Source: Bacteroidales bacterium (lineage in GTDB: Bacteria; Bacteroidota; Bacteroidia; Bacteroidales; WCHB1-69). Taken from it: DNA of 64,000 nucleotides. The translations under genes were made by a program, and so were the position numbers. Below, piece by piece: positions 30,269 through 36,916 of the stretch (position 1 is the first letter of the stretch; each line of letters starts with the position of its first letter). The notes below the pieces were generated by a model. The model was not told the origin of the DNA. It saw only the letters and a program-made list of their open reading frames with translations, and did not search any database. The stretch covers positions 138,946 through 202,945 of the forward strand of contig JBGURP010000007.1 in assembly GCA_045132055.1 (NCBI GenBank). The letters are read 5' to 3'.

Positions 30269-30794
30269 TACCCGTCAGCATTTGAGTGTAGGTGTAAATC
30301 TCTTTCAGATAAGTCTGGTTGTCTTTCGGAGATTTGTCAATAAAAAGATCATACAATGCGCTGTTGGTGCGCTCGCGGCCAATGATGAATTTCGCATTCG
30401 ACTGGGCCAAAATGGCTTTGATAGGCCCATGATAGCGATAGTTGAAATCAATCAGAACATCAAAATCCTTGTTGATGAAATCCTGCACCTGCACCATGGT
30501 AGGGTTGCCGAACCAGTTGAGATGCTTGTTGCAGAAATAGTCCGCAGACAGCTGTTGCAAGCAGAAAAAGGGCACCTCTTTGTCATCAATGTAGCCAATC
30601 ATCTTGACCGTATGCCCGTCGTTTTGCAGATTGTTGAACAGACGGAATATATCCTTATAGGAATTCTCATCGGTGATTTCGCACACGATTCCTATGGATT
30701 TTGCACGAGGCAATGCAAGCAGGCTTCTTTGCCTATTTTTCTTATTATCAGCAAGATGCTTCTGCAGAAAATAATTTTTTATCTTGGAAAACAT
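30258..30794 (-). CDS. conserved hypothetical protein (small cytoplasmic protein upstream of dapA)
   Basis: 178-aa ORF with an 11-nt overlap onto the dapA start and a -7 box upstream. I recognised no motif. Confidence 0.4.
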   Translation of the reverse strand: MFSKIKNYFLQKHLADNKKNRQRSLLALPRAKSIGIVCEITDENSYKDIFRLFNNLQNDGHTVKMIGYIDDKEVPFFCLQQLSADYFCNKHLNWFGNPTMVQVQDFINKDFDVLIDFNYRYHGPIKAILAQSNAKFIIGRERTNSALYDLFIDKSPKDNQTYLKEIYTYTQMLTGNEK

Positions 30795-30822
30795 AGGATT
30801 CTAACGTATATATTCAAGCCTG

Positions 30823-30830
30823 CAAATATA
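30823..30830 (-). promoter_or_regulatory. -7 box TATATTTG
   Basis: Exact TAnnTTTG on the minus strand, directly after the lpxC terminator. Confidence 0.5.
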
Positions 30831-30831
30831 C

Positions 30832-30862
30832 AAAAAAAATAGCGGCAGAGTACTGCCGCTAT
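30832..30862 (-). terminator. intrinsic terminator of lpxD-lpxC
   Basis: ATAGCGGCAG-TACT-CTGCCGCTAT followed by T8 on the minus strand. Confidence 0.8.
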
Positions 30863-30951
30863 CAAACCATTAACCTATGTAAGATAATCGAAAACTATTC
30901 ATGATAGTTTTTCAAAATCGTATAGGTCTTTACGTAAGGGTTTCTATTTTG

Positions 30952-31866
30952 TTACAACAAAATGATATTTTCTTTGATTTTTTTTGCAAAAGAGGTATTT
31001 GCAAAATGTCCAGGACGGTTGGCAACAATCTCCGCGCGCAACGGATAACCCAATAAATAGAGGTCGCCGATGAGATCCAGCAGTTTGTGGCGGGCAGGCT
31101 CATTGTCATGGCGCAACGTGATGTTATTCAGCACATGATCGGGCGTCACGGTAATGTCTTTCTTATTGAAAAACAGCGCCAACTGCTTCAAAACGGCCTT
31201 CTCGGGAATCTTATCGACAAAAACGATGGCGTTATCCACATCACCACCGCGGATCAGGTTGTTCTGAATGAGGAACTGCAACTCATTCAAAAAGACAAAG
31301 GTCCGACAGTTATAGACATCTGGATAGAAATCTTCCAGATTGTTCAACACCGCCTGCTGTTCGGCGAGCACCTTGGTGCCGTAATCCACATTGACCGTCA
31401 TCTTGAAATGATCGGCAGGCTTGATGGTAAGCTCAATCTGCTGTTCCGGGATAGAAAATGTAATCTCTTCTTTCACAGTAGCATAATGGCGCGGCTTGTC
31501 CAGCTCCTTGATGCCTACCTCTTTGATGAGCTCCACATAGACTCTGGAGCTACCGTCCAAAATGGGGGTTTCAGGCCCCATCATCTTCACAAGCACATTG
31601 TCGAGACTCAATCCAGCCAATGCAGCCATAAGATGCTCTATGGTATGCACTTCTGCAGGACCGTCCTTGATGGCAGTACCGCGGGAAGTGTCGAACACAT
31701 TTTCCGGAATAGCCTTGACCACCGGACTACCCGGCAGGTCAACGCGCATGAACTGGATGCCGGAATCCGCGGCAGCGGGCTCCAAGGTCACGGTGACTTG
31801 TTGTCCCGTGTGTAATCCTTTTCCCGATATGGATATCGGGGATAAAATTGTGGTTTGGAAATTCAT
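30952..31866 (-). CDS. lpxC: UDP-3-O-acyl-N-acetylglucosamine deacetylase (stand-alone, no FabZ domain)
   Basis: 304 aa with the LpxC N-terminus (ISGKGLHTG..V...L.PA) and HTIEHLMAAL motif. It ends after the LpxC domain and is followed by a terminator. Confidence 0.85.
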   Translation of the reverse strand: MNFQTTILSPISISGKGLHTGQQVTVTLEPAAADSGIQFMRVDLPGSPVVKAIPENVFDTSRGTAIKDGPAEVHTIEHLMAALAGLSLDNVLVKMMGPETPILDGSSRVYVELIKEVGIKELDKPRHYATVKEEITFSIPEQQIELTIKPADHFKMTVNVDYGTKVLAEQQAVLNNLEDFYPDVYNCRTFVFLNELQFLIQNNLIRGGDVDNAIVFVDKIPEKAVLKQLALFFNKKDITVTPDHVLNNITLRHDNEPARHKLLDLIGDLYLLGYPLRAEIVANRPGHFANTSFAKKIKENIILL

Positions 31867-31907
31867 TATATTAGAAATAGTTTACAATGATTCTAAGTGA
31901 AACGCCC

Positions 31908-32918
31908 TTACTTTTGAAGGTCTTTGACTTGTTGGAACAGATCCGGCAACTTGCGACGATAGACGATGAGCCGTTTTTCCTCACTGAGCGGAATGGCAGG
32001 GTTGCCGAGATACATGCCTCTCTTGAGCGAGTGCGACACACCGGCCTGCGCACCCACGATGGTGCCGTCTTCCACGGTGATGTGACCTGCCACACCAGCC
32101 TGTCCAGCCAGAATGCAATGCTTGCCAACCTTGGCAGAACCTGCAATGCCCACCTGTGCAGCCATGCCCGTGCCCTCGCCCACCGTGACATTGTGCGCAA
32201 TTTGCACCAGATTGTCGATTTTCACGTTATCTTCAATCTTCGTGGAGCCCATAGTGGCACGGTCGATGCAAGTGTTGGCGCCAATTTCGACATTGTTGCC
32301 GATAACCACGTTGCCGATTTGCGGGATCTTGAGGTATTGTCCATCTTGTGCAGCGAAACCAAAACCGTCGGCACCAATGACGGCACCTGCGTGCAGGATG
32401 CAGTCGTTGCCGATCACACAGTCAGCATACACCTTCACGCCAGCATTCAACGTGGTGCGGTCGCCCACCTTCACGTTGTCGCCCAAACAGACCTGCGGAT
32501 AGATGCGTGCGCCGTTGCCGATGACCACATTCTCGCCGATACTGACGAACTCACCGATATAGACGTTCTCGCCAATCTTCGCAGACTCCGAAATGCAAGC
32601 TTTGTCGGAAATGCCGACCTTGGCGTGCATCATGACCGTCTCCTGATAAAAATTCAGCAGTTTGGCAAACGCCAGATAGGAGTTATCGACTTTGATAAGT
32701 GTGCACTTCACCTCGCGCTCGGGCACGAAGTCTTTGTTCACGATAGCCGCGGTGGCTTTGGTGTCATATATATAATGTGTGTATTTCGGATTGGAAAGAA
32801 AAGTGAGCCCACCGGGCACACCTTCTTCAATTTTGCAGATAGTGGTAATCGTGCCTTGAGGGTCGCCAACTACCTTAGCTGCAAGCAATTCCGCAATTTG
32901 AGAAACCGTGTATTTCAT
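31908..32918 (-). CDS. lpxD: UDP-3-O-(3-hydroxyacyl)glucosamine N-acyltransferase
   Basis: About 336 aa with hexapeptide (left-handed beta-helix) repeats throughout. The start was set at ATG 32918 (MKYTVSQIAELL), because the longer ORF reads through the tRNA-Ser gene. Confidence 0.9.
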   Translation of the reverse strand: MKYTVSQIAELLAAKVVGDPQGTITTICKIEEGVPGGLTFLSNPKYTHYIYDTKATAAIVNKDFVPEREVKCTLIKVDNSYLAFAKLLNFYQETVMMHAKVGISDKACISESAKIGENVYIGEFVSIGENVVIGNGARIYPQVCLGDNVKVGDRTTLNAGVKVYADCVIGNDCILHAGAVIGADGFGFAAQDGQYLKIPQIGNVVIGNNVEIGANTCIDRATMGSTKIEDNVKIDNLVQIAHNVTVGEGTGMAAQVGIAGSAKVGKHCILAGQAGVAGHITVEDGTIVGAQAGVSHSLKRGMYLGNPAIPLSEEKRLIVYRRKLPDLFQQVKDLQK

Positions 32919-32936
32919 ATCTCTGAATTTGGGGTG

Positions 32937-32944
32937 CAAAGATA
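32937..32944 (-). promoter_or_regulatory. -7 box TATCTTTG for lpxD-lpxC
   Basis: Exact TAnnTTTG on the minus strand 19 nt upstream of the lpxD ATG. Confidence 0.5.
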
Positions 32945-32951
32945 TAAAAAA

Positions 32952-33006
32952 AGGGGAACATGAGGGAGGAAGAGGTAAAAGAGGTGAATGGGGGACATGG
33001 GGTAAA
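32952..33006. repeat. purine-rich degenerate repeat (GAGGGAGGAAGAGGTAAAAGAGGTGAATGGGGGACATGGGGTAAAA)
   Basis: Same GGTGAA/GGTAAA unit family as at 49.7, 51.7 and 59.0 kb. Confidence 0.55.
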
Positions 33007-33038
33007 AAATATTTTTTGGAAATAAATGATGGAATGAC

Positions 33039-33061
33039 AAAAAAGTGTATTTTTGCCGCCG
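33039..33061 (+). promoter_or_regulatory. tRNA promoter cassette AAAAAAGTGTATTTTTGCCGCCG (contains -7 box TATTTTTG at 33048-33055)
   Basis: An identical 23-mer is found upstream of tRNA-Leu(GAG) at 39051-39073 on the minus strand. Confidence 0.65.
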
Positions 33062-33079
33062 ATTTCAAAAACGAAACCC

Positions 33080-33166
33080 GGAGAGGTGGGTGAGTGGCTG
33101 AAACCAACAGTTTGCTAAACTGTCGATGGGGAAACCTATCCGCGAGTTCGAATCTCGCCCTCTCCG
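33080..33166 (+). tRNA. tRNA-Ser (anticodon GCU), type II with a long variable arm
   Basis: Cloverleaf folded by hand: acceptor GGAGAGG/CCTCTCC, anticodon arm ACAGT-TTGCTAA-ACTGT, variable arm GATGGG-GAAA-CCTATC, T arm GCGAG-TTCGAAT-CTCGC, discriminator G. Confidence 0.9.
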
Positions 33167-33361
33167 CAAACAAAAAGGCGATACGAAAAGTGTCGCCTTA
33201 ATTGTTTGCAGGAAGCCGTCGTCCGCTTGCGGACGTAAGGCTGACGGTAAACAATTAAGTGGGCTTGCGCAGCAAGGCCTTTTTGGTTGCAAGGATGCCC
33301 GCGGCAGCGAAGAGATATCCAATCTCGCCCTCTAAACACGACGCAGGCGTCGTGTTTTTTT
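33167..33361 (+). other. structured tRNA trailer, either candidate small RNA(s) or an integration scar
   Basis: Hairpin at 33175-33199. A 61-nt nested hairpin at 33198-33258 has a 10-bp outer stem (TTAATTGTTT/AAACAATTAA) and an inner CGTCCG-CTTG-CGGACG. A terminator-like hairpin plus T5 sits at 33261-33284. A 13-nt copy of the tRNA 3' end sits at 33321-33333. A strong terminator lies at 33336-33361. Confidence 0.4.
33336..33361 (+). terminator. intrinsic terminator
   Basis: ACACGACG-CAGG-CGTCGTGT (8-bp stem) followed by T7. Confidence 0.8.
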
Positions 33362-33362
33362 G

Positions 33363-33370
33363 TATTTTTG
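33363..33370 (+). promoter_or_regulatory. -7 box TATTTTTG driving the riboswitch transcript
   Basis: Exact TAnnTTTG about 10 nt upstream of the first riboswitch helix. Confidence 0.55.
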
Positions 33371-33377
33371 CCCCCGA

Positions 33378-33560
33378 TTTCACGGTGAGCGGTTCACACA
33401 TGAACCGCGAGAGGGAAACAGGTGCGAATCCTGTACAGTACCCGCTGCTGTAACTCTTCATCCGCTTCGGACACCCCAAAACGCCACTGTTGGTACGCCA
33501 ATGGGAAGGCTCGCCCGAAGGAAGACAAGTCAGAAAACCTGCCGGAAAATCAGCATAGTG
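33378..33560 (+). promoter_or_regulatory. cobalamin (B12) riboswitch
   Basis: Conserved core elements read directly: AGAGGGAAACAGGTGCGAATCCTGTACAGTACCCGCTGCTGTAA, GCCACTG...GGGAAGGC, and the B12 box AAGTCAGAAAACCTGCCGG (33527-33545). It sits in the 5' leader of the 33664 CDS. Confidence 0.85.
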
Positions 33561-33663
33561 ACAGCTTCGGGATGTAGGCTAACACGGAACACGGCTTTGC
33601 TAGTCGCCGTATCTTTTCCCAAAGCAATGGCACCACAAATGTTTAACTTAAAACCAAAAAAGT

Positions 33664-35085
33664 ATGAAAAAGTTATTGTGTGTATTGCTTGCATTGACAA
33701 CTTTAAGCCTTTCGGCACAAAACGACCAACTGCCTGACGACGCCACCCTCGCCGCCGACCAAGTCATCTATTGGGTGGGCAACGGCAACAGCCAAGTGGT
33801 GCTGGCCGTCAATTGGGCCACGCCGGACACCTGCCTTGCCTGGGGCGTGCGCTTTGACGGCGACGAAGCCTTGGTGGCAGACCTTTTGCACACCATCGCC
33901 ATCTTCGACGACCGCTTCTCCTATTCGGGCGACGGCTTACTTGACAGCATCAACTTCAACGACGGTCCGCTGCACTTGATGCGTACCGGCAACTGGTGGA
34001 TATACAACATCAACGGATCCGGCGCCGAACTGGGCTACCAGGAGCAGACCGTGCAACACGGCGATTTCATCAAGTTCGGCGATGAAAGCTGCGGCGTATC
34101 CGACGAAAACTACCAATACGCCTGGACCACAACGGTAATGCCCGTGTGGCTGCCCGACCAGACCAGCCTGCTGTTCACCGACTCCGTGGGCACATCCGGC
34201 TGCCAGGCCATCTACTATAACAATCCCGCCATCCTGGGATGGGCCACGGGCTGCACAGTCACGCGCGGATTCCAGAATATCGCCAATCCCACTTCCTACG
34301 CTGATTACGGCACCGACAGCGACGGCATCGGCTCCAGCAGCGAGTCAACCACCGACGGCGTGGTAAGCCTCGGTGACGGCGGCATTGCCGTGCTCACCTT
34401 CGACATGCCTATCACCGATGGAGAAGGCTATGACTTCGCGGTTTTCGAGAACTCCCTGAACCATACTTTCCTGGAGATGGCCTTCGTGGAAGTGAGTTCT
34501 GACGGCGAGCATTACTACCGTTTCCCGTCCGTCTCCAACACGCAAATTGCCACCCAGATCACCAACGGCGGAGCTGTCGATCCGCGTAAAGTACACAACC
34601 TGGCTGGCAAATACATCGTGGGCTGGGGCACGCCATTCGACTTGGCTGAACTGGCTGGCTACAGCGACCTGGACATCGACAACATCACGCACGTGCGCCT
34701 CGTGGATGTGGTAGGTTGCATTGATCCGCAATATGCCACCACCGACAAGAACGGGCACATCATCAACGACCCCTACCCTACCCCCTGGGGCAGCAGCGGT
34801 TTTGACCTGTCAGGCGTGGCTATCATGAACGGCTGGCAGCCCAATGGCATCGAGGAAGAACAACTCTCAAACGCCCTGTTCGCCTACCCCAACCCGTGCA
34901 CAAGCACGTTGTACATCAACAACAACCAGTCCGAATGCGACATTGAAATATACAATGTCTTCGGCCAACTGGTTTGGAATGAGCATTCCTCCGACAGCCG
35001 GATTCAGATCAACATGCAAAACTTCCCGGATGGCATGTATATAGTCAAATCCGGAACTCAATGTGTAAAAATCGTCAAACGATAA
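33664..35085 (+). CDS. T9SS-sorted secreted protein with an N-terminal DUF4430/transcobalamin-beta-like domain (candidate corrinoid-binding protein)
   Basis: 473 aa. Signal peptide MKKLLCVLLALTTLSLSAQ. Residues about 30-145 show the DUF4430-like pattern (VIYWVG..SQVVLAVNW...DSINF...NWWIYNINGSGAELGYQEQTVQHGDFIKF). The central domain is uncharacterised (GYDFAVFENS...FVEVSSDGEHYYRF...SGFDLSGVAI). The C-terminal T9SS type A domain reads AYPNPCTSTLYI...DGMYIVK...VKIVKR. Confidence 0.6.
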   Translation: MKKLLCVLLALTTLSLSAQNDQLPDDATLAADQVIYWVGNGNSQVVLAVNWATPDTCLAWGVRFDGDEALVADLLHTIAIFDDRFSYSGDGLLDSINFNDGPLHLMRTGNWWIYNINGSGAELGYQEQTVQHGDFIKFGDESCGVSDENYQYAWTTTVMPVWLPDQTSLLFTDSVGTSGCQAIYYNNPAILGWATGCTVTRGFQNIANPTSYADYGTDSDGIGSSSESTTDGVVSLGDGGIAVLTFDMPITDGEGYDFAVFENSLNHTFLEMAFVEVSSDGEHYYRFPSVSNTQIATQITNGGAVDPRKVHNLAGKYIVGWGTPFDLAELAGYSDLDIDNITHVRLVDVVGCIDPQYATTDKNGHIINDPYPTPWGSSGFDLSGVAIMNGWQPNGIEEEQLSNALFAYPNPCTSTLYINNNQSECDIEIYNVFGQLVWNEHSSDSRIQINMQNFPDGMYIVKSGTQCVKIVKR

Positions 35086-35120
35086 TCCATTGCTTTTATC
35101 GGCCCATTCTTAAAAATCTG

Positions 35121-35128
35121 TATTTTTG
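35121..35128 (+). promoter_or_regulatory. -7 box TATTTTTG upstream of the small beta-barrel gene
   Basis: Exact TAnnTTTG 18 nt upstream of ATG 35147. Confidence 0.5.
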
Positions 35129-35146
35129 TCGCTTCAATCAATACAG

Positions 35147-35749
35147 ATGACAAGGATTTATATCTTTTTTACCACGACCCTGCTTTTCCTCTGTACATGC
35201 CAGATCCACGCTCAAGAAGAAGGAAAAGTGTATCGGGGATTTGACGGTGGCATGATGGTTCATGCCGGGTATCTCCAAGGTAACATTTCACCCCTGCAGC
35301 ACCAAGCGAAAGGGGCCACCTTCGGACTTGGGGGAGTGGCTCGCGTGCATCTTGGCAACCATTGGATGATTGGTGGCGAAGGGTACGTGTCAACCTTGAA
35401 TCAGCTGAAAAACGGCAGCTACATCAAATACGGCTGGGGCGGTTTTTTGGGCGAATTCTACTGGGCTTTTAAACACGTGATGCCATACATGGGCGTCACG
35501 ATTGGAGGCGGAGCGGGCACCTATCTGCTGATGTTTGAGGGCGACCGCACAAACTGGCTGCCGGAGTCCAATGCCGTGTTCCACAAACAAACATTCATGG
35601 CCATTGACCCGTTCATCGGATGTGACTTCATCGTTTCCAAATCCGTTCACCTGACCTTGAAGGCCGACTGTCTGCACAGTCTTTCACACGGAAAACTCCT
35701 GATGCCCATGGGACCCCGTTTTTATTTCGGATGCATTTTTTACCATTAG
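35147..35749 (+). CDS. small outer-membrane beta-barrel protein (about 200 aa)
   Basis: Signal peptide (LLFLCTCQIHAQ), alternating aromatic/glycine beta-strand pattern and an aromatic C-terminus (FGCIFYH). The start was moved from TTG 35126 to ATG 35147. Confidence 0.55.
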   Translation: MTRIYIFFTTTLLFLCTCQIHAQEEGKVYRGFDGGMMVHAGYLQGNISPLQHQAKGATFGLGGVARVHLGNHWMIGGEGYVSTLNQLKNGSYIKYGWGGFLGEFYWAFKHVMPYMGVTIGGGAGTYLLMFEGDRTNWLPESNAVFHKQTFMAIDPFIGCDFIVSKSVHLTLKADCLHSLSHGKLLMPMGPRFYFGCIFYH

Positions 35750-35752
35750 AAT

Positions 35753-36211
35753 ATGAACGATAAAGAACAGAAATACGACCTGCTGTTTCGTCAAATCCAA
35801 TCTTTGGCCGAAGGCGAGACGGATGACATCGCGCTGATGGCCAATATGGCTGCGGCCATTCATGACACTTTCCATTTCTGGTGGACAGGATTCTATCGTG
35901 TAATAGGTAACGAATTGGTATTGGTATTGGGACCGTTCCAGGGCCCGCTCGCGTGCACGCGCATCGCATACGGGCGCGGCGTGTGCGGCACCGCCTGGCA
36001 GGAGGAGCGCACTTTGGTGGTCCCCGACGTTCATCAATTCAAGGGACACATCGCGTGCAGCAGTGCCTCCAACAGCGAAATCGTGGTGCCCGTGTTCCGC
36101 GACGGCAAAATCATCGCCGTGCTCGACATCGACAGCGAGCACTACAACACCTTCGACGAAACGGATCGTGTTTGGCTAGAACGGATAGTAGCAATCCTCT
36201 CTAATCTCTAA
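35753..36211 (+). CDS. GAF domain protein (free methionine-R-sulfoxide reductase, MsrC/YebR-like)
   Basis: 152 aa with the motifs W.GFYR......LVLGPFQG..AC.RI..G.GVCG and HIAC...S.SEIVVP. Confidence 0.8.
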   Translation: MNDKEQKYDLLFRQIQSLAEGETDDIALMANMAAAIHDTFHFWWTGFYRVIGNELVLVLGPFQGPLACTRIAYGRGVCGTAWQEERTLVVPDVHQFKGHIACSSASNSEIVVPVFRDGKIIAVLDIDSEHYNTFDETDRVWLERIVAILSNL

Positions 36212-36222
36212 TCTCTAATCTA
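36197..36222. repeat. TAATCTC heptamer repeat spanning both stop codons of convergent genes
   Basis: CTCTCTAATCTCTAATCTCTAATCTA. It encodes ..SNL* of the GAF gene on + and contains the stop (CTA = TAG) of the DUF975 gene on -. Confidence 0.7.
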
Positions 36223-36871
36223 TCATCGCCGCCATCTCGGCTTCTTCCTGAGCTTTCAAGTCTTCATAAAACTCAGCCACTGACACTTGTATATACGGAA
36301 TCAGCCACAGAAAGCCGATACCCATCGTGAACAAGCACAGGATGAACCAGCCGATGAAACTCAAATAGAGCACGAAGAGATCCCATTTGTGACCATTCAT
36401 CATATCCATACTTCTCTCAATACACTCATTGGCAGAGAGTTCTGGATGATCCTTGGAAATATAGATGGTCATGGCATAGGAAAACGACTTAATGATGCCA
36501 GGAATAATCAACAGCACCGCCCACAACATTATCAAGATGCCCATTAGAAGCTGCACACCTATAGCGCGTCCATAAGTTTTGAACCCGTCAAACATGCGTT
36601 CCACTGTATCCTCTTTGCTTCCACGAATAAACTGCAGGAAGCAGAGCGTAAAACCATACGCCAGCGGTATCAACACAAATAGGGAAACCAACATACTTGC
36701 ACTCGAAAAAGCGATTGCAGCAGAAGAATGTGGCAATGCTGCATTGAGCGCGCGAGGCACTCCGCAAACGGATGCAATCAAAAAATAAACCAGCGTGGCC
36801 AACACGGGCATGGTCCAGAAACCGGAGAGTTCATTGCGAGCCGCAGCTCTAAGTTCTTTGTTTGTTCGCAT
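36215..36871 (-). CDS. DUF975 family membrane protein
   Basis: 218 aa with about 5 TM segments. The N-terminus (ELRAAARNELSGFW) is typical of DUF975. Confidence 0.6.
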   Translation of the reverse strand: MRTNKELRAAARNELSGFWTMPVLATLVYFLIASVCGVPRALNAALPHSSAAIAFSSASMLVSLFVLIPLAYGFTLCFLQFIRGSKEDTVERMFDGFKTYGRAIGVQLLMGILIMLWAVLLIIPGIIKSFSYAMTIYISKDHPELSANECIERSMDMMNGHKWDLFVLYLSFIGWFILCLFTMGIGFLWLIPYIQVSVAEFYEDLKAQEEAEMAAMID

Positions 36872-36916
36872 AATTCAAAGTTTTATAATGATTAATATTG
36901 ATAAAAAACAAACACA

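Noticed and set aside
31232-31240. Perfect DnaA box TTATCCACA
   Set aside because: It is a single isolated copy inside the lpxC coding sequence. About 0.5 occurrences are expected by chance in 64 kb on both strands, so it is not evidence for an origin.
32919-33173. N-terminal extension of the lpxD ORF to 421 aa
   Set aside because: The extension reads through the antisense strand of the tRNA-Ser gene and a repeat tract. The canonical LpxD N-terminus starts at ATG 32918, which is preceded by a -7 box.
33198-33258. Possibility that the structured hairpin after tRNA-Ser is SRP (4.5S) RNA, or that 33167-33361 is 6S RNA or tmRNA
   Set aside because: It lacks the conserved SRP domain IV sequence (GGAAGCAGCC-type, GNRA loop). 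The 5' and 3' ends of the region are not complementary, as a 6S closing stem requires. There is no tRNA-like acceptor/T-arm with CCA context or tag ORF for tmRNA.
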